Below are positions 25,046-38,278 of a DNA stretch of 64,000 nucleotides, piece by piece. Under the pieces are notes generated by a model, which was not told the origin of the DNA, searched no databases, and saw only the letters and a list, made by a program, of their open reading frames with translations. Made by a program: the position numbers and the translations under genes. The DNA comes from Clostridia bacterium (GTDB taxonomy: Bacteria > Bacillota > Clostridia > Christensenellales > Aristaeellaceae): the NCBI GenBank assembly GCA_017512905.1, contig JAFWEL010000076.1, positions 2,897 through 66,896 of the forward strand, written 5' to 3'. The stretch's first letter is position 1. Every line of letters starts with the position of its first letter.

Positions 25046-25068
25046 CGCTGTGGACGGGAGGGATTGCA

Positions 25069-25356
25069 ATGTCAGGACGCGGTGAGGATCGCGGCGGGGA
25101 TTCCCCGCGGGTGTGGCTTCGCGGCGCGCTGGTGGTGGTCGCCATCGTAGCGTTGTTGGGGGCCTTCGGCCTGCAAAGCGGTTTGCAGCGACCACAGCTG
25201 AAGCCGGTGAACTACGCCGGCATCGCGGTGATGTTCATCGGATTGCTGGTTTCGCTGTTCGGCGGCAGGCTCGCGCGGGATAAACAGGTCGCGCCTTTCG
25301 TCCGTCTGGGCGGTGTGCTGCTCTGCGGCATCGGCGCGGCGATGGTGTTTGTATAA
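25069..25356 (+). CDS. small hypothetical membrane protein, 95 aa, about 3 TM helices
   Basis: The ATG at 25069 lies 6 nt after GGGAGGG. Hydrophobic helices are present. The gene sits between the T-box terminator and valS. The upstream part of the ORF-track frame overlaps the T-box and is rejected. Confidence 0.5.
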   Translation: MSGRGEDRGGDSPRVWLRGALVVVAIVALLGAFGLQSGLQRPQLKPVNYAGIAVMFIGLLVSLFGGRLARDKQVAPFVRLGGVLLCGIGAAMVFV

Positions 25357-25516
25357 TACCAATCTGTAAAAGCTGCGGCCGAGACGCCGGATGGCGGCAG
25401 ATTGCCGCCGCTACGGGGAACGGCGCGACGGTGATAGTCCTTCCGATAGGAAGCGGCGGCGCTCGCGCCGCCATATCACAATCAATACAGCAATACAATG
25501 CAAGGAGCGTATAGAG

Positions 25517-28243
<2,727 letters not shown>

Positions 28244-28262
28244 GCGACACATATGATGCGCA

Positions 28263-28299
28263 CCCCGCCAACCGCTGATGGTTGGCGGGGCGTTCGTTT
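28263..28299 (+). terminator. valS intrinsic terminator
   Basis: ccccgccaacc-gctgat-ggttggcgggg forms an 11-bp stem followed by cgttcgtttg. Confidence 0.7.
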
Positions 28300-28317
28300 G
28301 TGAAGGGAGGTAAAATT

Positions 28318-28344
28318 TTGATTTGTCGCGTTGCGACAAATCAG
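28318..28344. repeat. family A palindrome, copy 2
   Basis: ttgatttgtcgc-gtt-gcgacaaatcag is the reverse-complement twin of 3604-3630. It again lies 3 nt past the stop of a minus-strand gene (aspartate kinase) in a convergent gap. Confidence 0.6.
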
Positions 28345-28347
28345 AAT

Positions 28348-29415
28348 TCAGTCTTGATTCTCAATCAGCACCCGATGCAGATGCTTCATCGCGTCCGCAT
28401 ACCTCTCCTGTGCAAAATAGACCACAGTCTGCTCATTTTTGGCAATGGTTCCCAGCGGCGCCATTGGGCCTGCGACATCGAGTACGCGATCGCAGGCGAT
28501 TCCGAACACCGTAATCAGGGCCGCCGGGCGTATGTCGGGCAGGTAGGCATCCGGCCGGCCCGCGATACAGGGAACCGTGCGCTCGCAGCGCTCGTCGATC
28601 AGCGTGCCGAAGCTGTCCGGGCACATCGTATTCCGCAGGCGGGTGGGGATGCCCGCCATGGCCACCGGGTCGAGGCAGGCGGGGTGCAGCACCCGGGCCC
28701 CGGCCCGGGACAGCGCGCGCATCTGGCGGTAGCCGATGTGGGGGATCAGTCGCGCGTTCGGCACCAGCGCCGGATCGGCGGTCATCAGGCCGGGGACGTC
28801 GCTCCAGTTCTCGTACAGGTCCGCGTCCATGCCCGCGGCGACCAGCGCGCCGGTGATGTCCGAGCCGTTCCGGGGCAATACGCGGATAACGCCGTCCGGG
28901 CCGGCGCCATAGAAGCCGGGCACGATCACGGGGCCTTCGCGGTGCCGCAGTCCCTTCAGGTTCAGCCGGGTGCGCCGTTCATCCAGCGTTCCGTCGGCGT
29001 TGAAGGCGATCAGCTCGGCGGCGTCCACCATGGGCAGACCGGTGTACCGGGCAAATACCAGCGCGGAGAGATACTCGCCCCGGCTGAGGGTGTGGGGCAG
29101 GGAGATGGCCACCGCGTCGTGGATCTGCCGGCGCGCCTGCTGGCTCACGTCGGGGACGCCAAGGCCGTCGCAGATATCCCGGAACCGCTCCGCCACTGCC
29201 GAAACCGCGCCGTCGAGGGTGGCGGGAGCCTTGCGCAGATCCCAGCAGCGCTCCAGCATCGCCGTCACCTTTTCCGGGTGCTTCGCGTCGATGCCCGGCG
29301 CGGAGAGCACGACGCAGCGCCGGGAGGGCGCGGCGCGGATGAGGCGGTCAATACACTTCAGATTTTCAGCGTTGGCGGTGGAGCTGCCGCCAAATTTGGA
29401 AACGATGATACCCAT
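28348..29415 (-). CDS. aspartate kinase (short form)
   Basis: Amino-acid kinase fold with motifs KFGGSS, GSDITGALVA and PGLMTADP. 355 aa. Confidence 0.75.
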   Translation of the reverse strand: MGIIVSKFGGSSTANAENLKCIDRLIRAAPSRRCVVLSAPGIDAKHPEKVTAMLERCWDLRKAPATLDGAVSAVAERFRDICDGLGVPDVSQQARRQIHDAVAISLPHTLSRGEYLSALVFARYTGLPMVDAAELIAFNADGTLDERRTRLNLKGLRHREGPVIVPGFYGAGPDGVIRVLPRNGSDITGALVAAGMDADLYENWSDVPGLMTADPALVPNARLIPHIGYRQMRALSRAGARVLHPACLDPVAMAGIPTRLRNTMCPDSFGTLIDERCERTVPCIAGRPDAYLPDIRPAALITVFGIACDRVLDVAGPMAPLGTIAKNEQTVVYFAQERYADAMKHLHRVLIENQD

Positions 29416-29440
29416 GCGATAACCTCCGAGCGTCAGATCA

Positions 29441-29481
29441 AAAAGGGGAAAGCGCCGTGACTTCGTTAAAAAGGCGCTTTC
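29441..29481 (-). promoter_or_regulatory. terminator-like hairpin in the 5' leader of the aspartate kinase gene (possible attenuator)
   Basis: The minus-strand RNA gaaagcgcc-N16-ggcgctttc is followed by CCCUUUUG, ending about 20 nt before the GGAGG RBS. Confidence 0.4.
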
Positions 29482-29702
29482 GCTGTATACTATGCGCGGT
29501 GGGAATCCGGGTGCGCCACATTGCGAAACAAAACATGGCTGTATATTAAAAATACATGAAATAAAGGGTTTTTTCGTACAGATGTTGTATATTATAATAT
29601 CGGCGGCACAAGCAGGAAAAACGAATTTGTTGGCGAATAAATATCTACTGTCATCTTCAAAAATGCCTGGCCAAGATACAATATCATCCTGAGGGGCGTG
29701 TT

Positions 29703-31430
29703 ATGAACGGAAGGTTATCGGATGCCTGGCTGGAGGAACTGAGGTCCCGCGTCAGCCTGGAGGAAGTGGTCTCCGAATACGTCCCACTCAAGCAAAAGGG
29801 CCGCAGGTTTTGGGGATGCTGTCCGTTCCACAATGAAAAGACGCCGTCGTTCAGCGTGGACAGCGAAGCGCAGTTGTACTACTGCTTCGGCTGCCACAAG
29901 GGCGGCACGGTGATCAACTTCGTCATGGACATGGAGCGGATGGAATTTATGGATGCAGTGCGCCTGCTGGCGGACCGCGCCCACATGGAGCTTCCCGAGC
30001 GAAGCTCACAGCCCGGCCAGGCCGCCGCGAACCGCGACGAGCGTGAGCGCATGTACGAGGCCAACCGGGCGGCCGCCCGATATTACCACGATCTGCTGTG
30101 GACGGAGGAAGGCGCTTCGGCGCTGAACTACCTCTATGGTCGCGGACTGAACGATTCGGATATCCGCCGCTTCGGCCTGGGAGCCTCTCCCAAGGGCTGG
30201 GACGGCCTTTTAAGTCATCTGGAGGCCCAGGGCTTTGAGCTGGCGCTGCTGGAAAGGGTGGGGCTGGCGGTGCGGCGGGACAACCGCTGCTTCGACATGT
30301 TCCGCGGACGGGTGATGTTTCCCATCATCAACGCCCAGGGGCGTGTGCTGGGCTTCGGCGGACGGGCCATGGGCGATGCCCAGCCCAAATACCTGAACAC
30401 GGCGGAGACGCCGGTATTCAACAAGCGCAGGGAGCTCTACGGGCTGAACTACGCCAGGAAGGAGCGCTCGGTGGGCCACCTGGTGCTGGTGGAGGGGTAC
30501 ATGGACACCGTTTCCCTCCGCAAGCACGGCGTACAGGGCGTGGTGGCCACGCTGGGCACCGCGCTGACCGAGGAGCAGGCGCGGCTGATGAAGCGCTATG
30601 CGCCCCAGGTGTGGATCAGCTATGACGGCGACGCCGCAGGCCAGAAGGCCGCGCTGCGCGCCCTGGATATCCTGGACGGACAGGGCCTCCCGTCGCGGGT
30701 GATCGACTATCCCGCGGGCATGGATCCGGACGATTTTATCAAGGCCAACGGGCTCGGCGGCTTCGAGGCGCTGCCCAGGCACGATTCCACCAGCTATCGC
30801 ATGATCCGCGCAAGGGACGGCCTGAACCTCGCCGAACAGGAGGGCATGACGCAGTATGCCCTGCGCTGCTGCGCGATACTGAAGCAGGTAAAGAGCCCCA
30901 TCGACATGGAAAACCACCTGCGCAGGCTGGTGAACGAGACGGGGTACGACCGCGAGATCCTGCTGCGGCAGATTGGCGCGAGTCCACAAACACCGTCGCA
31001 GCCCCCCGCAAGGCGGAGGACGCCGGCCCCGAAGGCGGCCAGCGGCGTGGAAAAGGCGGAGCAGGAGCTGATCTCCATGCTCGCCGCGGGCCTGATTTCC
31101 ACGGAATTGCTCAAGCCCGTGGATTTTACGGACGAAACCCACCGCGCGCTGGCGGAGTGGCTGCTCTCGGGCAAGCCTGCCGGCGCTTACGTCGAGGGCG
31201 TCCAGGATGAGGCCGAGCGGCAAAAAATCATGCAGGCGCTCAACTATGCGCCCCTTCCCGCGGACCGTGAAAAGGCCCTGGAGGAGGCGGAGGAATGCCT
31301 GCGCACGATACAGTATAACAGGGACAGCCAGCGGTCAGAGCAGATCAAACAACAGATCAACTCGGCGTCCGCGGAACAAAAGGCCGAGATGTACCGTCGA
31401 ATGGCTGCCATGTGGGATCATGAGGATTGA
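29703..31430 (+). CDS. dnaG: DNA primase
   Basis: Zinc-finger motif [21 protein letters not shown], a TOPRIM domain (EGYMD), and a C-terminal helicase-binding region. Confidence 0.95.
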   Translation: MNGRLSDAWLEELRSRVSLEEVVSEYVPLKQKGRRFWGCCPFHNEKTPSFSVDSEAQLYYCFGCHKGGTVINFVMDMERMEFMDAVRLLADRAHMELPERSSQPGQAAANRDERERMYEANRAAARYYHDLLWTEEGASALNYLYGRGLNDSDIRRFGLGASPKGWDGLLSHLEAQGFELALLERVGLAVRRDNRCFDMFRGRVMFPIINAQGRVLGFGGRAMGDAQPKYLNTAETPVFNKRRELYGLNYARKERSVGHLVLVEGYMDTVSLRKHGVQGVVATLGTALTEEQARLMKRYAPQVWISYDGDAAGQKAALRALDILDGQGLPSRVIDYPAGMDPDDFIKANGLGGFEALPRHDSTSYRMIRARDGLNLAEQEGMTQYALRCCAILKQVKSPIDMENHLRRLVNETGYDREILLRQIGASPQTPSQPPARRRTPAPKAASGVEKAEQELISMLAAGLISTELLKPVDFTDETHRALAEWLLSGKPAGAYVEGVQDEAERQKIMQALNYAPLPADREKALEEAEECLRTIQYNRDSQRSEQIKQQINSASAEQKAEMYRRMAAMWDHED

Positions 31431-31453
31431 CCGGTCGAAAGGAGTGGCCCGGA

Positions 31454-32547
<1,094 letters not shown>

Positions 32548-32548
<1 letters not shown>

Positions 32549-33243
32549 TGGGCCGCAGAGGAGAAATTGCCCTCGATCCGCGCCTGTCGATGATCGCCCG
32601 AATGGTCGGCCCATGCGAATGCTGCGGCGACATCGGCTGCGATCACGGCAGGCTCGGCGCGTTTTTGCTTCAAAACGACCGGTGTCGGAGGGTGCAGCTG
32701 ACGGACATCTCCGAACCGTCCCTCGACAAGGCCCGCAAGCTCATTCACGGACTGGGGCTGACAGACCGGGTTCGGTTTTCGGTGGGCGACGGTCTGTCGG
32801 CGCTGGAGGGCTCGCCGGACGTCATCGTCATCGCGGGCATGGGCGGCGCAACCATCGCCGATATTCTAAGCCAGGGGCGGGACAGGCTGGCCGGAGCCCG
32901 GCTGGTGCTGCAGCCCAATGTGGCCGCGCCGCAGCTGCGGGAAACGCTGTGCCGGCTGGATTACGCCATCACCGACGAGCGGGTGGTCCAGGATGGGCGC
33001 AGGTGCTATGTCATCCTCCGGGCGGAGCCCGGAAAAGCCGACTACGGTCTGAAACAGCGGATCGTCGGTCCGGTGCTGTTGGAGCGCATGCCCGCGGAGC
33101 TCGCCCCCTATGCCGCGTTCAGGCTGAGGGTAGCCCGAAAGGCCCTCGCGGGGGCTTCGGTATCGTCGGATGAGGCGCATCAGGTGCCATTGGAACAGGA
33201 AATCGCGATTTGGGAGGAGGTTTGCGCATGTCTGCGACGGTAG
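32548..33243 (+). CDS. trmK: tRNA (adenine22-N1)-methyltransferase TrmK-like (class I SAM methyltransferase)
   Basis: DIGCDHG SAM motif. The position after rpoD matches B. subtilis yqfN. The ATG overlaps the rpoD stop (TGATG). Confidence 0.8.
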
Positions 33244-33989
33244 CACAGGTGCTGGCGCTGGTGAACGGCATCGCGCCCTTTGAGCTGGCGGAGGAATGGG
33301 ACAACGTGGGCCTGCTGGCCGGAGCCCCCGAAAACCGGGTGGAGCGGGTGCTGTGCGCGCTGGATCTGCGCATGAACGTGGTTGAAGAGGCCGCGCGCAG
33401 GGACTGCCAGCTGATCGTAACCCACCATCCCATACTGTTCCGGGGCCGGAAGAACCTCCGGGAGACCGATGCCGAGGGCCGGCTGCTGTGTGCGCTGGTG
33501 CGCTCGGGCATTGCCATGATCGCCGCCCACACCAACTTTGACAACGCCTCGCCCGGCGTCAATGACGCGCTGGCGTCGGTCCTGGGCCTGGAGAAAGTGG
33601 TTGTGCTGGAAAACGGCATGAGATTGGGGCAAATAAAACAGACCGACTTCGGTATGTTTTGCCAGATCGCCGAAGCGGCCCTCCGTGGACCGGTGCGCTG
33701 CTACGGCGATGCGACGCGAGCCATCGGGTGCGTCGCGGTGCTGGGTGGCGCGGGCGAGGATTTCGCCCCGCAGGCGATCGAGGCCGGCGCGGACGTCTAC
33801 CTGACCGGGGAGATGGCCTACCACAAGGCCCTGGACGCGGCGGACAACGGGCTGTGCGTCATCGAAGCGGGCCACGCCGCAACAGAATATCCCGCAATTT
33901 CGTTACTTTGCAGAGGTTTACAAAACGCCGCCGATGCGGTACAATATGACATATGTGTTCTACAGAGCGAATCTGAAGTGTTTTTCTGA
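33228..33989 (+). CDS. Nif3-like dinuclear metal centre protein (YqfO family)
   Basis: WDNVGLL, THHP and AHTNFD motifs. The ATG at 33228 follows GGAGGAGG. Confidence 0.85.
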   Translation: MSATVAQVLALVNGIAPFELAEEWDNVGLLAGAPENRVERVLCALDLRMNVVEEAARRDCQLIVTHHPILFRGRKNLRETDAEGRLLCALVRSGIAMIAAHTNFDNASPGVNDALASVLGLEKVVVLENGMRLGQIKQTDFGMFCQIAEAALRGPVRCYGDATRAIGCVAVLGGAGEDFAPQAIEAGADVYLTGEMAYHKALDAADNGLCVIEAGHAATEYPAISLLCRGLQNAADAVQYDICVLQSESEVFF

Positions 33990-34007
33990 TAGATGGAGGG
34001 AATGAAT

Positions 34008-34718
34008 ATGCAGTTGGATACCCTGTGGCAATTCATGCAGGTGGATATGGAGGCGGACGGCTTCGAGGCGAAGATGCGCCAGTCGGCCAACCGCCAGAAG
34101 CTGCTGAAGCAGCGCGATTTCCTGCGTGACCAGCAGGCGAACATGAAGAAGCTGGAAAACGACGTCGCCGTCATGCAGGACCGGCTCGAGGCCGTGCAGG
34201 ACGAGGCCGACCGGCTGGAAAAGGTGCTCGCGTCGCTGTCCGAGGAGCTGGAGAAGAATCCGCCCACCACCCCGGAGGAGGCGCAGAAGCAGTCCGAGGC
34301 CGTGCGCAAGCTGCTGGACACGCTTTCCCGCTATGAGCAGGAGCTTCAGAAGATGCGCAAGGACGCGGATACCAAGGACCGCCAGCAGAAGGAGATCCGT
34401 GTGCGTGCGGCCAAGACCAAGCTGGAGTTTGACCAGCTGAAGGTGGCCTACGACAAGGAGTTCAAGGAGGACACCGCCAGGCTGCAGACCATGCGCGACA
34501 GGACGGAGCAGGAGTCCAAAAAGGTGGACCCGAAGCTGCTGGCCAAGTACCGCAGCATCAAGCAGCATTGCACGCCGCCGATGGCGAAGCTGGTCAACAA
34601 CCAGTGCAGCGGCTGCTTCATGTCGCTGCCCAGCGCCACGCTGCTGGACATTCGCAGCGGCGACAGGATCGTGGAGTGCGATAACTGCGGCCGCATACTC
34701 TACGACACGGGGGAATAA
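34008..34718 (+). CDS. coiled-coil protein with a C-terminal C4 zinc ribbon (COG1579/DUF164-like)
   Basis: Long heptad-rich region followed by CSGC..N17..CDNCGRIL. It shows the conserved pairing downstream of a nif3 gene. The start is chosen 7 nt after GGAGGG. Confidence 0.7.
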   Translation: MQLDTLWQFMQVDMEADGFEAKMRQSANRQKLLKQRDFLRDQQANMKKLENDVAVMQDRLEAVQDEADRLEKVLASLSEELEKNPPTTPEEAQKQSEAVRKLLDTLSRYEQELQKMRKDADTKDRQQKEIRVRAAKTKLEFDQLKVAYDKEFKEDTARLQTMRDRTEQESKKVDPKLLAKYRSIKQHCTPPMAKLVNNQCSGCFMSLPSATLLDIRSGDRIVECDNCGRILYDTGE

Positions 34719-34738
34719 GCCCCGGCATGATGACGCGA

Positions 34739-35147
34739 ATAATTGTGAGGACGCCAGACGATCGCATGCGCCTGACGCATGAGGAAAGTCCGAGCACCAC
34801 AGGGCAGGGTGCCGGTTAACTGCCGGTGAAGGCGACTTCAAGGAAAGTGCAACAGAGATAAACCGCGTAAACGGCGTTCTCGCCTTCGGGCGGGTTCGCT
34901 CCCCCTCGGGGGACGCAAGGATGGAAAGGCGAGGTAAGAGCTCACCCGCGGCATGGCGACTTGTCCGCGCTGTAAACCCCACCTGGTGCAAGATTGATAG
35001 GGAAGCATGGGCGGCGATCCTTCGGGGTTCCGACCGGCGGCGGCCCGTCGCGCTTCCGGGTAATCGCTAGAGCCTGCTGGCAACTGCAGGCCCAGACAGA
35101 TGATCGTCCAATACAGAACTCGGCTTACAGACGCCGCTCACAATTGT
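34739..35147 (+). ncRNA. rnpB: RNase P RNA
   Basis: Universal motifs GAGGAAAGTCCGAGC and ACAGAACTCGGCTTACAG. P1 pairing of aattgtgagg with ctcacaatt. About 410 nt. Confidence 0.9.
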
Positions 35148-35150
35148 TTA

Positions 35151-35184
35151 CCCCCGGATTGTCATGCAGTCCGGGGGATTTTAT
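35151..35184 (+). terminator. rnpB terminator
   Basis: cccccgga / tccggggg stem followed by atttta. Confidence 0.7.
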
Positions 35185-35200
35185 AGAATGAGTCAATGCT

Positions 35201-36061
35201 TTACTTCTTCAAAATGTGTATCGTGCAGGACGTGTCCCCGATGTAATTGCGCTCCGCGTCGAAATCATCCAGTGAATCGCAGATGAAGGCGGTGAGCCAC
35301 AGGTCGGTGACGTGGCTGATCTGCTTGCCCGCGGTGAGCTTGATGGACGTGATCAGCGTTTCAGACTTCATCGACGAGGGCTTCAGGTGGGAGTAGAACT
35401 TGTGGGGCTCCCGATGGTAGTCGTCGTAAAGCCAGCATTCGATGTATTCGGTGTGCTCGATGTGCTTGGGCGAGAGCATCGTGTAGCGGATCTCGCTGCC
35501 GTCGTCCAGGGTGTAGCACAGCGTGTAGCCGATCTTGCAGCTGTTCGCGTCGGGGAAGGCGGTCCAGGCCGCGCCGAAGATATCCCCGAAGAACTCGCCG
35601 TCCAGCACCTCGGCGTCGGAGGGGATGGCCTCGAAGCTGCCGATGTCCTTGCCCTTCTTCCAGGGGCCGGTATAGGTGTCCCCAAAGCGCACCCGGGGGG
35701 AGTAGTTCTTGTCCTTCGGATGATAGAAGGAAATCACGTCAGGGCGGCTGCCGGGTACCACGGTGGGCGTCGGTTCGGGCTCTGGCGTCGGCGTCGGTTC
35801 GGGCGTGGGCGCTTCCGTGGGCTCGGCGGTGGGAAGCGGCGCTTCCGTGGCGGGCGCTTCAGAGGGCAACGGCGGTGTATCGACGGCGATTCCGGCGGGA
35901 GCCTGCCGGTCGGCCGGCGGCTTTTGCAGCAGCGAAAGGGCCAGTACGGCCAGGAGGATGGCTCCCGCAGCGCAGATGGCGATAGTGATCCATTGACGCT
36001 GCCTGCGTTTTCGCAGGCGTTCGGCGCGGCGCGAGTTGCGCTGGGTTGGTTTATCCGACAT
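35201..36061 (-). CDS. hypothetical single-pass membrane protein with a Pro/Thr/Glu-rich linker
   Basis: Basic N-terminus, one TM, a PTEAPTPEPTPTPEPEPTP linker, and a ~180-aa extracytoplasmic domain of unknown family. Confidence 0.5.
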   Translation of the reverse strand: MSDKPTQRNSRRAERLRKRRQRQWITIAICAAGAILLAVLALSLLQKPPADRQAPAGIAVDTPPLPSEAPATEAPLPTAEPTEAPTPEPTPTPEPEPTPTVVPGSRPDVISFYHPKDKNYSPRVRFGDTYTGPWKKGKDIGSFEAIPSDAEVLDGEFFGDIFGAAWTAFPDANSCKIGYTLCYTLDDGSEIRYTMLSPKHIEHTEYIECWLYDDYHREPHKFYSHLKPSSMKSETLITSIKLTAGKQISHVTDLWLTAFICDSLDDFDAERNYIGDTSCTIHILKK

Positions 36062-36229
36062 GGCTGCCTCCGTTGACGGTTATGGACTTGAAATGCGGCG
36101 GCGACGCCGGCGCATATTTGTGAGGTCCGATTCGATAGCATTATAGCGCATGAACGGTGAAAAGAAAAGCGTTCTATTCAATTTGTCTCCATTTTTCTTC
36201 ACAATTGTGCAAAGATTGTCAGAAACAGC

Positions 36230-36258
36230 TTGAAAATGAAACATGGAAACGATATAAT
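36230..36258 (+). promoter_or_regulatory. consensus SigA-type promoter TTGAAA-17-TATAAT
   Basis: Exact hexamers and spacing upstream of the LRR gene. Confidence 0.65.
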
Positions 36259-36317
36259 AATGCTTGATTGGCCTCGCGGAGGATGAGGCCATCCAATTCC
36301 GATCAGGAGAGAATCAA

Positions 36318-38189
36318 ATGAAACAGGCAGAGGCACATACGGAAGAGAAAGCTGCCAGAAAAAACAGCCACAGGAGCAAGGCGCTGCTGTATCGCCGCAT
36401 CGGCGCGGGGATACTTGTGGCGCTGGCCATTGCGCTTTGCGTATACATCTATACCATCGGACTGAGTCCCGCGGCGCTGATGCTGGGCGCCGGGGCGGTG
36501 CTGCTGCTGCTGGAGGCCCTGTTGCTCTGGGTGGACCTGCCCGTGTCCAGGGCGCTGCAGGGGGTGCTGGGCGTGCTTTGCATCGCCCTGCTGGCCTTCG
36601 GCTTCCTGGATTACAATTACGTCTGGATGGACGGCCGCTTCGTGCCCAAATACGCCGTGGTGGCCCGCCTGCAGGTGACCGACGAATATCCAAAGCACTT
36701 TGAGCAGATGGTCAGCCTGAGGACGCTGGACATGCAGGGCTCCACCGTGACCGACTTTGCCCCGATTCGCACGCTGCCGAGCCTGGAGCGGCTGGACATC
36801 CGCGGGAACTATGCCTTTGACCAGGCCGAGCACGACAAGCTTGTGGAGGCGAATCCGACCTGCGACATCCACTGGAGCGTACCCGTCGCCAACAAGCACT
36901 TTGACAGCATGGCCGAGTATTATGACCTGTCCCCGTTCGAGCTGTCGACGACCGAGCTGCGGGAACTGATCACGACCTATCCCAACACGGCGTTTGATTA
37001 CCAGGTTCCCCTCTATGGCAAGCGGTACACCACCGATATCGAGGCGCTGGACCTGCAGGGCGAAGCGCCGGACGCCGCCGTGATCGACGATGCCCTGGGC
37101 CTGCTGCCCGCGGTAAAGACCGTGGATGTGCGCGGCCAGCGCGCCAGTGCTCAGACGGTTTCCGCCCTCAACAAGGCCCATCCGGACGTGTATTTCATGT
37201 TCACCTGCGACGTACCCCAGGGGGAGATGACCACCGAGGACACGTCAGTGACCATCACGGGCACCTATGAGGACATGCTGGCCTACGCCGCCTACATTCC
37301 CTATATGCCGAACCTGGAGAGCATCGACGCCACCAGCGTCAGCCTGACAGACGAGCAGCTGGATTCCCTGGGTGAAATTGCCAGCAGTGGCAAGCTGCGC
37401 TACAGCCTGATGGTCTACGACCGGGGCTGCTCCAGCCTGGCCACCGACCTGAACTGGGACAACATCCCCTTCACCGGCGTGGAGGAGGTGGAAAAGTACC
37501 TGGCCCGGCTGCCGCGGCTGAAGCGGGTGTCCATGTGCGACTGCGGGCTGACCGAGGACGAGATGGGCCAGCTGTTCGACGCCCATCCGGACATCAAGTT
37601 CATCTGGTGGATCGAGTTCGGCCACTACCGCCTGCGCACCGACGCCACGGCCTTCACCACCGCCCTGGGCGACGGCAACCAGTACCATTACGACGATGAT
37701 ACCTTCGAGCCGATCCGCTACTGCACCGACCTGATGATGCTGGACCTGGGCCACAACCGCATCACCAGCATCGACAACTTTACCGGGCTGACCAAGCTGA
37801 AGGTGCTGATCCTGGCGGACAACCGGCTGACGGACATCTCCCAGATCACCTGTTTCCCCGATCTGGAGTACCTCGAGCTGTTTCTGAACGACATCACCGA
37901 CGTCACGCCCATCACCCAGCTGAAAAAGCTGAGGGACTTCAACATCTTCCACAACCCCCTCTATGACAATCACAAGGTGCTGCGGAAGATGACGTGGCTG
38001 GAGCGCCTGTGGATCGGCGGCTGCCGGCTCAGCCTCCAGGACGTGAAGGACCTGCAGAAGGCCCTGCCGAACACCGAGATCTCCACCATCGGCCAGAGCT
38101 CCACATCCCGGGGCTGGCGCAAGCATCCCCACTACTACACCCTCAAGCGCATGTACGAGGAGGGAAAGTACATCCCGTTCGATTCGTGA
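36318..38189 (+). CDS. membrane-anchored leucine-rich repeat protein
   Basis: N-terminal TM helices followed by multiple ~22-aa LRRs (for example LTKLKVLILADNRLTDISQI, LEYLELFLNDITDVTPI). The ATG at 36318 follows AGGAGAG. Confidence 0.7.
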   Translation: MKQAEAHTEEKAARKNSHRSKALLYRRIGAGILVALAIALCVYIYTIGLSPAALMLGAGAVLLLLEALLLWVDLPVSRALQGVLGVLCIALLAFGFLDYNYVWMDGRFVPKYAVVARLQVTDEYPKHFEQMVSLRTLDMQGSTVTDFAPIRTLPSLERLDIRGNYAFDQAEHDKLVEANPTCDIHWSVPVANKHFDSMAEYYDLSPFELSTTELRELITTYPNTAFDYQVPLYGKRYTTDIEALDLQGEAPDAAVIDDALGLLPAVKTVDVRGQRASAQTVSALNKAHPDVYFMFTCDVPQGEMTTEDTSVTITGTYEDMLAYAAYIPYMPNLESIDATSVSLTDEQLDSLGEIASSGKLRYSLMVYDRGCSSLATDLNWDNIPFTGVEEVEKYLARLPRLKRVSMCDCGLTEDEMGQLFDAHPDIKFIWWIEFGHYRLRTDATAFTTALGDGNQYHYDDDTFEPIRYCTDLMMLDLGHNRITSIDNFTGLTKLKVLILADNRLTDISQITCFPDLEYLELFLNDITDVTPITQLKKLRDFNIFHNPLYDNHKVLRKMTWLERLWIGGCRLSLQDVKDLQKALPNTEISTIGQSSTSRGWRKHPHYYTLKRMYEEGKYIPFDS

Positions 38190-38217
38190 CGGCCGGGCGT
38201 TGGGAAACCGAAAACGG

Positions 38218-38246
38218 TTGCATAATCCGGCAGGACCGTGTATAAT
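38218..38246 (+). promoter_or_regulatory. SigA-type promoter TTGCAT-17-TATAAT
   Basis: Exact spacing upstream of darA. Confidence 0.65.
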
Positions 38247-38278
38247 AATACCATGACAGTATGAGAGGAGGGCTTCCT

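Noticed and set aside
24985-25068. N-terminal extension of the small membrane ORF, as listed in the ORF track
   Set aside because: It overlaps the T-box conserved sequence and terminator. The internal ATG at 25069 has a strong RBS.
29416-29560. Lysine (L-box) riboswitch upstream of the aspartate kinase gene
   Set aside because: The leader is too short and I found no L-box conserved blocks. It is kept only as an unexplained attenuator-like hairpin.
29492-29692. 66-aa ORF in the ask/dnaG intergenic region
   Set aside because: It has no RBS, lies in AT-rich promoter DNA, has an implausible composition, and overlaps the minus-strand leader.
31427-31453. Upstream TTG start for rpoD overlapping the dnaG stop
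   Set aside because: It has no RBS. The TTG at 31454 lies 9 nt after AAAGGAG. The choice remains uncertain.
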